Assembly: GCA_965197905.1 (NCBI GenBank)
Contig: CBDAOB010000003.1
Span: 32,001 to 96,000, forward strand
Length of the DNA: 64,000 nt
Source: Candidatus Latescibacterota bacterium
Lineage (GTDB): Bacteria > Latescibacterota > UBA2968 > UBA8231
Direction: 5' to 3'
The translations under genes were made by a program, and so were the position numbers. The notes beneath the pieces were generated by a model that was given only the letters and a program-made list of their open reading frames with translations, did no database searches and was not told where the DNA came from. Below, piece after piece: positions 9,924-19,808 of this stretch (position 1 is the stretch's first letter; every line of letters starts with the position of its first letter).

Positions 9924-10860
9924 CTACAGCGAGCGGTCCACAATATCCAACACTTGCCGCTTGTACTGCTGCGCGCGTGTTGCATCGTTTCCGCGCCCCT
10001 GCCGAATGATGATATACTTCTGCAGCTCATAGAGCAGGTAGAATACCTGCCGAATCCGCGCTCCGGAGGAAGTGTCGCGCCGCCGGCCATAGCCTTCCCA
10101 GAACGCGGGCTCCGAGATGCCGCAGTAGTCGAGCACGGCGTACTCGATCTCCGGATCGCCCCACAAGGCGCGGTCCCAATCGACGAGGCCGGTGACCGTG
10201 CTGGTTTCGTCGTGAGAATGTTCTGCGCCCACACGTCCATGTGGAGAAGTGAAGCCGGAACCTCTCGATCGAACAGCCGAATATGCCGATCGAGCAAGCC
10301 GCGCATTTCCATGCTTTCGTTTTCGTCGTAGTGACCGACGGCGACGATCCCGTCGATCAGCCGATTCCACATTATATGGAAAGCGTCGACCCAGCAGGCC
10401 TGTGCCGGCATGGGGTGGTGTTCACCAATGTAGCCGTAGCTGTCCGCGGTCTGGGCATGACCCTCCGCAAGGTACGCCCCGACTTGTCTCAAAACCTTGT
10501 CGTGGTCGCACGCCACGTCGGAGATCGGGTTTCCTGGCAAGCGCTCCATTATGATAAAATCGCGGTCGATCACGTCCCTGGTGTCGTCGTAGACGACGAT
10601 GGGTGCCACCGGAATCGAGGTTTTTCGATGAGGAGCGTATGGATTCCCGGCTCCTGGTGCATCATATCCTTTTCGTAAAATATGAAGACGGCGTCGCGAG
10701 GCGGCGCGATGCGGACAACCCAGTCGACATTGGCGGCGGCGACGAAGAACGAGGTGTTGAACTTTCCGGTTGGAATGGGCGCGATCTGGATCGGCGAGTC
10801 TATGTCGAGATGCTGCGACACGATATGCTCGACTGTTTTATGCTCGATCTGTTCAGTCAT
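9924..10860 (-). pseudogene. Aminoglycoside phosphotransferase (APH)/fructosamine-kinase-like protein, split by two frameshifts (likely sequencing errors)
   Basis: Three consecutive frames give TGKFNTSF...VVRIAPP, then IMERLPG...LLHMDVWAQNIL, then LVDWDRALWGDPEIE; shifts near 10622 (A5 run) and 10212. Confidence 0.85.
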
Positions 10861-10946
10861 GTACTGTTAAAGCGACATCAATCTGAGCTCGCCCCTTTAG
10901 GGTGACGGTCAGTCGTCGCGGGGCTTCGATGTGAACAAATCGTTGA

Positions 10947-11106
10947 TTAAAACTGGTGGGTGATGCCGGCGCAGATTATGGTAACGTCTTCCGTCTGTTG
11001 ACGATGCCTCCGATGACCTGGCAGCGGCCACCTCGCCCATGTCTTTACAAAAGGCCAAAACTTGGGGAATGTTACGCTGGCCATACATGATACCGCCGGC
11101 GCCGGC
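10947..11106 (-). pseudogene. Relic fragments of a family-4 glycoside hydrolase (MelA-like alpha-galactosidase)
   Basis: 11023-11100 reads AGGIMYGQRNIPQVLAFCKDMGEVAA; 10953-10991 reads EDVTIICAGITHQ in another frame; both resemble GH4 segments (GGxxYGQRNIP; AGxNH). Confidence 0.6.
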
Positions 11107-11213
11107 GATCCCGCCTTTATTGCCATGATCGACCTCGCAGGTTTAGCGGTTATTCGAGCAGTGACAGCAATGAAAATACAGGTTCGATTCAAGGCAAGTA
11201 ATTCGCCGCACGG

Positions 11214-13097
11214 ATGTCGCCGTCGCCGATCGGTCTTCCCACAAACCAAGAGAACTCAACTGTGAAACTGACCATGGCGCAGGCACTGGTGCGTTATCTG
11301 GTGAACCAGCGAGTTCTAATCGATGGAAACGAGGCGCCATTGTTTCCGGGGGTCTTTGCGATCTTCGGACACGGCAACGTTACGTGCCTTGGTGAAGCGC
11401 TGGCGGCCGTGCGCGAGCAGATGCCCACCTGGCGCGGCCAGAACGAACAATCGATGGCGCTGGCCGCCGTCGGTTTCGCCAAAGCCAGGCGGAGACGTCA
11501 GATCATGGTCGCCGCCACCTCCATCGGACCGGGATGCACCAACCTGCTAACGGCGGCGGCCACCGCTCATGCCAACAGGCTGCCCATACTGCTGTTGTCC
11601 GGAGACACCTTCGCCAACCGTCTTCCAGATCCGGTGCTACAGCAGGTGGAGAATTTTCACGACCCGACGATGACGGTGACCGATGCCTTTCACGTGGTCA
11701 CCCGCTACTGGGACCGCATCAACCGCCCGGAGCAGTTGATCTCCTCGCTGCCGCAGGCGGTGGCGACGATGCTCGATCCGGCCGATTGCGGACCGGCGTT
11801 TTTCGCGCTGCCTCAGGATATCCAGGCGGAGGCGTTCGATTACCCGGAAGCTTTCTTCGAGGAAACGGTACACCAGATCCCCCGTCCGCGGCCGGACCGC
11901 GTTTGCATCGCGGAGGCGGCACAGGTTCTGCGCGGAGCGAAGAAACCGCTGATCATTTCCGGCGGAGGGGTGTTCTACTCCGGTGCCGTCGCCAAGCTGA
12001 CGGCCTTTGCTGAGTGTCTCAATGTGCCCGTGGTCGAAACCATCGCCGGTCGCTCGATGATGCTTCACGAACATCCCTTGAATGCAGGTCCGTTAGGAGT
12101 GATCGGTTCGAGCTCGGCTAACGCACTGGCCCAGGAGGCGGACGTGGTGTTGGCGGTGGGCACCCGGTTACAGGATTTCACCACCTCGTCCTGGTCGGGG
12201 TTTGGCAACGAGGAGATGCGTTTGATTGCGCTCAATGCGGCGCGCCACGACGCCCACAAACACCGGGCCGTGTCGGTGGTGGGCGACGCGCTGGCTTGCA
12301 TCGAAGACCTAGAACCGGCGCTGGAAGGATGGCAGGCCCCCGACGCCTGGACTTCTCAAGCCAAATCTCTCTACGCCGAATGGAACGGCACTATCGATGA
12401 GCACTCCGGCCCGACGGCGACAACGCCGCCCAGTTATGCCCAGGTGATCGGGGCGGTCAATCGGAACTGCGACGACACCGATCTCGCTCTTACGGCCGCC
12501 GGTGGGTTCCCGGGCGAGCTCTGCATGAACTGGAAAACGAAATCCCCGGGCACCTTCGACTGCGAGTTCGGCTTTTCTTGCATGGGGTACGAGATCGCCG
12601 GCGGTTGGGGCGCCCGCATGGCGGATCCATCGCGGGATGTGATCGTCTTCGTCGGGGACGGTTCCTACCTGATGATGAACAGTGACATCTACAGCTCTGT
12701 CCTGACCGGGCACAAACTGATCGTGATCCTCTGCGACAACGGCGGTTTTGCCATTATCAACCGCCTGCAGAACTTCAAAGGCAGCGTCTCCTTCAACAAT
12801 CAGATCGCCGATTCGAAGGTGGAACGGGTCGAGTATGTCGATTTCGTTCAGCATGCCAAGAGCATGGGTGCGCTGGGCGAGCAGGTGGAATCGACCGCGG
12901 AGCTGGAGGCGGCCTTCAAACGGGCCAAAGCTGCCGACCGGACCTACCTGATCGCAATCCGGACCCAGGAGCAACAGTGGACTCCCGCTGACGCCTGGTG
13001 GGACTTGGGTGTGCCGGAGGTAAGCGAGCGCGAAGAGGTGAGACAAGCCCGTGCCGACCATTTGGAAAGCCGGAAGAAACAGCGGGTTGGTATCTAA
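11214..13097 (+). CDS. iolD: 3D-(3,5/4)-trihydroxycyclohexane-1,2-dione acylhydrolase (ThDP-dependent)
   Basis: LTMAQALVRYL, FAIFGHGNV, NEQSMA, TSIGPG, PDPVLQQ, RYWDRI, EFGFSCMGYEI, GDGSYLM motifs. Confidence 0.95.
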   Translation: MSPSPIGLPTNQENSTVKLTMAQALVRYLVNQRVLIDGNEAPLFPGVFAIFGHGNVTCLGEALAAVREQMPTWRGQNEQSMALAAVGFAKARRRRQIMVAATSIGPGCTNLLTAAATAHANRLPILLLSGDTFANRLPDPVLQQVENFHDPTMTVTDAFHVVTRYWDRINRPEQLISSLPQAVATMLDPADCGPAFFALPQDIQAEAFDYPEAFFEETVHQIPRPRPDRVCIAEAAQVLRGAKKPLIISGGGVFYSGAVAKLTAFAECLNVPVVETIAGRSMMLHEHPLNAGPLGVIGSSSANALAQEADVVLAVGTRLQDFTTSSWSGFGNEEMRLIALNAARHDAHKHRAVSVVGDALACIEDLEPALEGWQAPDAWTSQAKSLYAEWNGTIDEHSGPTATTPPSYAQVIGAVNRNCDDTDLALTAAGGFPGELCMNWKTKSPGTFDCEFGFSCMGYEIAGGWGARMADPSRDVIVFVGDGSYLMMNSDIYSSVLTGHKLIVILCDNGGFAIINRLQNFKGSVSFNNQIADSKVERVEYVDFVQHAKSMGALGEQVESTAELEAAFKRAKAADRTYLIAIRTQEQQWTPADAWWDLGVPEVSEREEVRQARADHLESRKKQRVGI

Positions 13098-13100
13098 GCC

Positions 13101-13230
13101 ATGCCCGTACGACTGGCCGTCGTCGCCTCGTCGAATAGCGACCTGATGGAGGAGGATCCGGCCAAAGCGAATCCGCTGCAATAGGCTTGGATCGGCTATA
13201 GACACCTCGCGGATGTGCTGCGGCGCGGCC
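13101..13230 (+). pseudogene. iolE: Collapsed relic of myo-inosose-2 dehydratase (N- and C-termini joined)
   Basis: ATG 4 bp after the iolD stop; reads MPVRLAVVASSNSDL|MEEDPAKANPLQ*AWIGYRHLADVL, matching the IolE start (MxVRLAxxPIAWSNxDL) and end (EQDPAKANPLxYAxxGY). Confidence 0.72.
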
Positions 13231-13259
13231 GCCATCGAAATCATGGATTGAGAGAACAT

Positions 13260-14126
13260 ATGTCGGAAGATCTGGACCATCAGATGGACGGAAAGATCGC
13301 GGTGATCACTGGCAGCACTCAAGGCCTCGGCGAAGCCGTGGCGTGGTTGTTTGCCAAGCGAGGCGCCGCCGGCCTGGTTACCTGCGGTCGCAACGTCGCC
13401 AACGGACAACGGGTCGCGGAGTCGATCAGCAAGGATGGCTGCGCTACCCATTTTGTGGAAGCCGACCTCGGACGGGTAGAAGACTGCGCTCACGTCGTCG
13501 CCGCGGCCGACAGCCACTTCGGTCGCATCGACACCCTGGTCAACTGCGCCGCCATCACCGATCGCGGCACCATTCTCGATACTTCACCGGAGCTGTTCGA
13601 CCAGATCTTCGCGGTCAACGTGCGAGCGCCCTTCTTTCTAACGCAGGGTGCGCTCAAGATCATGATTCGCGAAGGCATCAAAGGAACGGTGGTCAATATT
13701 CTCAGCATGTCGGGGCACGGAGGACAGTCGTTCCTGTCGCCGTACTGCACTTCCAAGGGTGCGCTTGCAGTGCTGACAAAAAACACCGCTTTCAGCGTCA
13801 TGCGCCACAACATCCGCGTCAACGGCCTCAACATCGGTTGGATGGACAGCCCCGGAGAGGACCGCATGCAACGCAAATACCACGAACAAGCAGAGGGCTG
13901 GCAGCGGGAAGCCGAAGAAGGTCTGCCGTTCGGACGCATGTTGAAGACCGACGAGGTGGCTCGCGCAGTGGCGTTTCTTTGCTCCGACGAATCCGGCATG
14001 ATGACCGGATCTATCGTCGATTTCGCCCAGGTGGTTCTGGGGTGTTTTGAAGAGCGAGTGATGCCGCCGGACCAGCTAGCGGACGATGGGCGGCAAACCC
14101 AACCCGTTAAAACCTACGGCCAGTAA
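13260..14126 (+). CDS. Short-chain dehydrogenase/reductase
   Basis: TGSTQGLG, NCAA, YCTSK catalytic motif, GLNIGW. Confidence 0.93.
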   Translation: MSEDLDHQMDGKIAVITGSTQGLGEAVAWLFAKRGAAGLVTCGRNVANGQRVAESISKDGCATHFVEADLGRVEDCAHVVAAADSHFGRIDTLVNCAAITDRGTILDTSPELFDQIFAVNVRAPFFLTQGALKIMIREGIKGTVVNILSMSGHGGQSFLSPYCTSKGALAVLTKNTAFSVMRHNIRVNGLNIGWMDSPGEDRMQRKYHEQAEGWQREAEEGLPFGRMLKTDEVARAVAFLCSDESGMMTGSIVDFAQVVLGCFEERVMPPDQLADDGRQTQPVKTYGQ

Positions 14127-14450
14127 GCGTTCAGAATCTCCAGCGCTTCCCCGGCACGGACGCCCCTGCCGACGAGATCCCGCAGGTCGTCGACGGCACC
14201 GATGCGATGGGGTTCCTGCGTACCATGCGCGGCGATCACAGAGCCGTAGGCCGCCGAAGCTTCTTCAGTTCTACCTTGAACGAGATAGACAAGGGCCAGG
14301 TTGCACAGGGCGATGCTATTTTGTGGTTCGGATTCAAGTGCGGTCAAATAAAGATTCGCGCACTGTCCACCTGACCCCGGCTGTAGTGGATGTGTCCTCG
14401 CGTACACACATAATGTCGCGGCTCATGATGTCTTCGGCTTGTAGGCTCAT
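14114..14450 (-). pseudogene. Chimeric relic: CBS-domain gene start joined to a TPR-protein end
   Basis: From ATG 14450 (GAGGAG RBS): MSLQAEDIMSRDIMCVREDTS (CBS-like); the sequence then reads GHIHYSRGQVDSA/ANLYLTALESEPQNSIALCNLALVYLVQGRTEEA (TPR-like) in other frames. Confidence 0.55.
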
Positions 14451-14571
14451 GGGATCGCTATCTCCTCAATGTCGACAGCATACGGCGCACATCCTATACT
14501 CCAGTAAATTCTCAATGCAAAAATCGCGCCGCAACCTTCGACAGTAGGATGCGGCTCGGCTGGAGCGGTGG

Positions 14572-16110
14572 ATGAGCGTTCGGTTTTTGAATGCGGAAGA
14601 AGCAGTGGCTACGGTACGAGACGGAGCGACAATTGGGCTGATTGGTGGTGGCGGGGGTCTCGTGGAAGCCTCGTTGCTGCACGAGCAGATGGAGAAGCGG
14701 TTCCTCAGTACCGGGAAGCCGGGGAAGCTCACCTGTATTCATGCCTTGGGTATCGGCGACCGGGAAGCGCGGGGCATGAACCGTTTCGCCCACGAGGGCA
14801 TGGTGCGGCGGGTGATCGGCGGCCATTGGGTATGGTCCCCACGGATGCAGCAACTGGCGCGGGAAAACAAGATCGAGGCCTATGTACTGCCCGGCGGCGT
14901 GCTGATGCAGCTCATGCGCGAGGTTGCGGCGAAGAGACCGGGCTTGATTACGCACGTCGGGTTGGGAACTTTCGTAGATCCGCGGCTCGACGGCGGAAAA
15001 ATGAACGAAGCGGCCACTGAGCCGCTGGTCGAGCACATCACCATCGACAAAAAGGTTTATCTGCGTTACCTGCCGATCCCTGTCGATGTGGCGCTGCTCA
15101 AGGGTTCCGCCGCCGACGAAGAGGGCAACATCAGCCTGGACGAAGAGCCGGCCAATCTGGAGATCTACGCCATGGCCGCGGCGGCTCACAATTCGGGTGG
15201 AACCGTGATCTTCCAGGTTAAACGAATGGTGCCGTCGGGCTCGCTGCCGGCCAGGGAGGTGCGGATTCCATCAGCTATCGTCGATATGGTGGTGGTAGAT
15301 CCCGACCAACGGCAGGGGTACGACTTGGTCTACGATCCGGCCATTTCCGGTGAGCGCCGGGATGATTCACACCAACCCGCTCACCTGGATTTTTCAGTGC
15401 GTGTCGCGATTGCCCGTAGAGCTTCCCAAGAGCTAGTTGAGGGCGCCGTCATAAACTTTGGGTTCGGCATTCCCGATCACGTAGCTTCGATCATCGAGTC
15501 CAAAGGACAACATGATCGCTACTACCAGACGATCGAGCACGGTACCTACGGTGGCAGCCTGTTAACCGGGACCTTGTTCGGATATGCCCGAAATCCGACC
15601 TGCATGATCGACGGACCGTCGCAATTCGATTTCTATTCGGGAGGCGGTTTAGACATTGCCTTTCTCGGCTTTGGCCAGATCGATCGTGCCGGCAACGTCA
15701 ATGCTTCCAAACTGGCGGGGACCACGGTTGGTCCCGGCGGATTTATCGACATCGCACAGAGTGCCCGCAAGACGATTTTCTGCGGTACCTTCGATGCCAA
15801 GGGAACAAAGATCACCACTGGCGATGGGCGCCTGGAAATCGCGGCGCCGGGAAGAGTGCGAAAGTTCGTCGATGATGTGGACCAGATCACGTTCTCCGGC
15901 GAACAAGCGCTATTGCAAGGCCAGGAAGTACTTTATGTCACCGAGCGTGCCGTTTTTCAACTCACTAGAGCGGGGCTGCTGCTGACTGAAATAGCGCCGG
16001 GAGTCGACTTGGGGCGAGACGTCGTCGAGCAAATGGATTTTGAGCCACTTATTACTCAGCCTCCCGCCCTCATGGACGCTCACATCTTTACCGACATTGG
16101 TCATGGCTAA
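14572..16110 (+). CDS. Acyl-CoA:acetate/3-ketoacid CoA transferase (YdiF/Pct-like, fused subunits)
   Basis: VIGGHW, THVGLGTFVDPR, ADEEGN, NFGFGIP, EHG catalytic Glu, QFDFYSGGGLD, GPGGFIDI, YVTERAVF. Confidence 0.93.
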   Translation: MSVRFLNAEEAVATVRDGATIGLIGGGGGLVEASLLHEQMEKRFLSTGKPGKLTCIHALGIGDREARGMNRFAHEGMVRRVIGGHWVWSPRMQQLARENKIEAYVLPGGVLMQLMREVAAKRPGLITHVGLGTFVDPRLDGGKMNEAATEPLVEHITIDKKVYLRYLPIPVDVALLKGSAADEEGNISLDEEPANLEIYAMAAAAHNSGGTVIFQVKRMVPSGSLPAREVRIPSAIVDMVVVDPDQRQGYDLVYDPAISGERRDDSHQPAHLDFSVRVAIARRASQELVEGAVINFGFGIPDHVASIIESKGQHDRYYQTIEHGTYGGSLLTGTLFGYARNPTCMIDGPSQFDFYSGGGLDIAFLGFGQIDRAGNVNASKLAGTTVGPGGFIDIAQSARKTIFCGTFDAKGTKITTGDGRLEIAAPGRVRKFVDDVDQITFSGEQALLQGQEVLYVTERAVFQLTRAGLLLTEIAPGVDLGRDVVEQMDFEPLITQPPALMDAHIFTDIGHG

Positions 16111-16879
16111 GTGGAACCACATCCAAACAGAACGCGATGGTTCGGTGCTGCGGGTGACCATAAACCGCCCCGAGGTCCGCAACGCGTTGAGTCCAACGTC
16201 CCATGCGGAATTGGCGCAGGTGTTCGACGACTTCGCGAACGATGACACGCTGCAGATCGCAACGATCTCGGGAGCCGGCGATCGCGCTTTTTGCGCGGGG
16301 ACCGATCTGAAAGCGAGGTCACAGACCGGCCGGGACGATCACCCGGCAACAGGTTTTGCGGGATTGACGGAGCGTTACAATCTTGCCAAACCGGTGGTCG
16401 CCATTGTCAACGGAGACGCCATCGGCGGCGGTTTGGAATTGGTTCTCGCCTGCGATCTGGCGATTGCAGCTAACACGGCGCGGTTCGGTCTGCCGGAACC
16501 GCAGGTCGGCCTTGCCGCCAGTGGCGGCATACATCGATTGGCGCGTCAGATTCCTTTGAAGCACGCCATGGAAATAACTCTTCTGGGCAAGCTGTTCGAT
16601 GCCGAAACTGCTCTCAGATACGGATTGATCAATGAGGCGGTGGATCCGCGGGCGCTACGCGCAGAGGCCGACCGTCTGGTCGACGAACTCTTGGAAAACG
16701 CCCCGCTCTCTCTGCGCGCGACGAAACAGATGATCTATCGCGGTTTGGATGCTGCATCCCTGGAAGCAGCGTACAATGCTGAGTACCCGGATTTCGAGCA
16801 GATGCTGAACAGCGACGACGCTCGCGAGGGCAGCGCCGCTTTTGTGGAAAAACGAAGGCCTGTTTGGCGGGGCAAATAG
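16103..16879 (+). CDS. Enoyl-CoA hydratase/isomerase family protein
   Basis: INRPEVRNAL, AFCAGTDLK, GGGLELVLACD, FGLPE, AFVEKR. Confidence 0.93.
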   Translation: MAKWNHIQTERDGSVLRVTINRPEVRNALSPTSHAELAQVFDDFANDDTLQIATISGAGDRAFCAGTDLKARSQTGRDDHPATGFAGLTERYNLAKPVVAIVNGDAIGGGLELVLACDLAIAANTARFGLPEPQVGLAASGGIHRLARQIPLKHAMEITLLGKLFDAETALRYGLINEAVDPRALRAEADRLVDELLENAPLSLRATKQMIYRGLDAASLEAAYNAEYPDFEQMLNSDDAREGSAAFVEKRRPVWRGK

Positions 16880-16951
16880 CGGATCGCACGTTGGGTACCT
16901 GGCGCCTTGGCGTCAGGATTCCGGGCGAGGACACCAGCGGAGCGATAGAAA

Positions 16952-17386
16952 TTGCCAGACTTCCACGTAGAAACAGGTCATTCCGCGAGCTTCACCAAGA
17001 CCGTGTCGGAAAGCGATGTCTACATGTTCGCGGGGATTACCGGGGATTTTTCCCCCAACCATGTGAACAAGGCATACATGGAGAAGTCATCCTACGGAAA
17101 GTTGATGGTACACGGTGCACTGCTCGTTGGGTTCATGTCCACCGTCTCAACCATGGCCATCGCCCACACCCGCGACGCTGGGGAGACCCCAGTGTCGGCT
17201 GGTTACGACAAGATCCGATTCCTGAAACCGGTTTTTCTCGGAGACACGGTAACCACCCGCTACACCATCGCAGAGATCGACTCACAACGAAAACAGTCCT
17301 TCGCCGACTTGGAGATCACCAATCAAGATGGCGAGCTGGTTGCCGTCGGCCGACACATCCTGCAATGGATTCCGAACGTACCGTGA
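16952..17386 (+). CDS. MaoC-family (R)-specific enoyl-CoA hydratase/dehydratase
   Basis: FAGITGDFSPNH, VHGAL, FLKPVFLGDT. Confidence 0.92.
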   Translation: MPDFHVETGHSASFTKTVSESDVYMFAGITGDFSPNHVNKAYMEKSSYGKLMVHGALLVGFMSTVSTMAIAHTRDAGETPVSAGYDKIRFLKPVFLGDTVTTRYTIAEIDSQRKQSFADLEITNQDGELVAVGRHILQWIPNVP

Positions 17387-18119
17387 CTGACAGTTTCGAT
17401 CTCCAGAATCAGAAGTTCATTGTCACCGGTGCTGCCAAAGGGATCGGGTTGGCGATTAGCCGCAGGCTTGCCGAGCTAGGTGCGAGGGTTTCAGCGTGGG
17501 ATCTGGAGACCGCTGATATTCGCGAGGACAAGGCGTTCACCCACGTGGCGGAAGTGGACGTAACCGATGTGGACGGTGTTCGGGAAGCCACAAAGGAATC
17601 CATCAGCGCGTTGGATGGGCTGCACGGCATGATTGCCAATGCTGGAATCAGTGGACCGACAAGACCGGTCTGGGAGTACACCCTGGCCGAATGGGATCGC
17701 GTGATTCGCGTCGATCTCACCGGCGTTTTCGTCTCCACCCAGGCGGTGCTCGGCCATCTACGACAGGAGGGGTACGGCAGGATCGTGGTCATCGCTTCGG
17801 TGACTGGCAAGGAAGGAAATGCAGGAGCGTGCGCCTACGGCGCCGCCAAAGCTGGCGCTATAGGTTACGCGAAGGACTCGCCCGCGAGCTCCAACCGTCG
17901 AACATCACAGTCAACTGCGTCGCCCCGGCCATCGCTGAAACCGATCTGATGGTGGAGATGACCGACGAGTACATAAAAGAAAAGAAGTCGCTCATACCGA
18001 TGGGACGGTTCTGTGCCACAGGTGAAATCGCCGACATGACGGCGTGGGTAGTTAGTCCGCGCTGTTCGTTTACCACCGGCCAGATCTTTGACCTGTCCGG
18101 TGGCAGAGCGACCTACTAG
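17383..18119 (+). CDS. SDR family oxidoreductase (one frameshift near 17876, likely sequencing error)
   Basis: GTGA overlap with the MaoC stop; TGAAKGIG, NAG, YGAAK; after a shift GLARELQPSNITVNCVAP...FTTGQIFDLSGGRATY. Confidence 0.88.
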
Positions 18120-18126
18120 GCGCCAG

Positions 18127-18957
18127 ATGAGGGAGCTGACGCGGGACGATCTCTGCATCCATCAAGTGTGTATCTGGAAGCAGTGTGGGTTTGCGGACGC
18201 GTTGGCGTGCTTCGCCAGACATGGCATCACGAAGACAGCTATCTGGCACGCCATGCTCCAGAATGCCGGTTTGCCCGACGCCAAAAAAGCGCTGAAGGAT
18301 TCGGGGGTATCGGCGATCGCGGTCTGTCCCATGGTTCTCCACGACGCCGAAAGTCAACTGGACGCCGAAGCCCAACATCAATCCAACCTGATACTTCTAG
18401 ATCAGGCAGCGGAACTAGGCGCCGATTCGGTGATCGCCATTACCGGTGGATTAACTCGTCTTGGCACCGATCTGTCGGCACAAAAGCAGACAGCTTTGCG
18501 CGCGTTGGAGCGGTTGATTCCGGCTGCACGCGAACGAGGACTGCGGCTGAATCTGGAGCCGTTGCATCCGATGGTCTGCGGTTTTCGTTCGGTTATCTCT
18601 ACGCTCGACGAGGCGTGCGAGATGGTGGATAAACTCGACTGTCCAGAGGTGCTGGGTGTGGCCGTCGATTCCTATGCCCTGTGGTGGGATGCAAAACTTG
18701 AAACGCAGATTCTCAACGCCGGCGTACGCATCCACAGTTTCCACGTATCAGACTGGCTCGCGGATACCGCGGACGTCCGCTTGGATCGGGGGATGCCGGG
18801 GGACGGACAGATCAACAACCGGTCGATCAGGTCGTGGGTAGAGCAGGCGGGCTACCGCGGTCCCGTGGAGGTGGAGATTTTCTCGGAACGCAACTGGTGG
18901 CAGCAGTCGCCGGACACGGTCGTCGAGACGATCTGCGAACGGATGAACTTCCTGTAA
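18127..18957 (+). CDS. Sugar phosphate isomerase/epimerase (xylose-isomerase-like TIM barrel)
   Basis: LEPLHP, VDSYALWWD, FHVSDW, DRGMPGDG, EVEIFS. Confidence 0.9.
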   Translation: MRELTRDDLCIHQVCIWKQCGFADALACFARHGITKTAIWHAMLQNAGLPDAKKALKDSGVSAIAVCPMVLHDAESQLDAEAQHQSNLILLDQAAELGADSVIAITGGLTRLGTDLSAQKQTALRALERLIPAARERGLRLNLEPLHPMVCGFRSVISTLDEACEMVDKLDCPEVLGVAVDSYALWWDAKLETQILNAGVRIHSFHVSDWLADTADVRLDRGMPGDGQINNRSIRSWVEQAGYRGPVEVEIFSERNWWQQSPDTVVETICERMNFL

Positions 18958-19010
18958 GGGTGGCAGCGCAGGATCGAGCGGCGCGCAGCGCCCTAAGGAA
19001 AGGGTGGTCA

Positions 19011-19778
19011 ATGAGATCGGCGAACTCCGCCGCCGGTGAACGCGTGAGCAAGCAGAATATGGAACGCGCCATAGAAGCTTTTGTTCGCAGCTACTGTTTC
19101 CAACGAAACTTCACCCAGCCTCATTTCGCAGACCGAGTGGACGGTATCTGGCGGCTGTTCGACGAGCCGGGCCCGAAGGCGCGGCGTGAGGAATTTGTCG
19201 CTTATAGACTGAAGCCGAACAAGGTTCAACAGTTGGCGTCCAAGTTGGCACAGGGTCACTACTGCCTTACCGCCATCCACGGCCAAGGTGAGTCCGGAGA
19301 GGCGCTCCGGGACGAATACAAGGCACTTGGCTACCGGCTCAACGGCCACACCGCGATCATGAGGCACCCGTTGAAACGAATTCCTCGAGTACCGTCACCG
19401 GTTCCGATTCAGCGGGTGTCGACCACGACGATGGCCGACAAACTAGCGAGGGCCGCAAGACGACGACAGATCCTTCCGGAGCACCTGGTGCCGAATCCGC
19501 CGAAACGGAGCTATGTGGCTCTGGTCGATGACCAGGTTATAGGTTGGGTGAGTAGCGTAGTGGACCGGGACGCGACCTACTGTGCCGATATGTACGTGGC
19601 GGCTGCCCATCGCCGTCAGGGTATTGCACGCTCGCTGATGGCGAAGATGCTTCGAGACGATCGTGCCGGTGGTTCGAAGCAGGCAGTGTTGCTGGCAAGC
19701 CAGGCCGGGTCCAAGCTGTATCCGGTGGTTGGGTACGAACGAATAGGAACGGCGATGGTGTTTACGCCAAGGCGGTAG
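19011..19778 (+). CDS. GNAT family N-acetyltransferase
   Basis: C-terminal MYVAAAHRRQGIARSL acetyl-CoA motif and GSKLYPVVGY; start could also be 19059. Confidence 0.85.
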   Translation: MRSANSAAGERVSKQNMERAIEAFVRSYCFQRNFTQPHFADRVDGIWRLFDEPGPKARREEFVAYRLKPNKVQQLASKLAQGHYCLTAIHGQGESGEALRDEYKALGYRLNGHTAIMRHPLKRIPRVPSPVPIQRVSTTTMADKLARAARRRQILPEHLVPNPPKRSYVALVDDQVIGWVSSVVDRDATYCADMYVAAAHRRQGIARSLMAKMLRDDRAGGSKQAVLLASQAGSKLYPVVGYERIGTAMVFTPRR

Positions 19779-19808
19779 CACCTGATGTCGATGTTGTGCC
19801 GCCCATGC

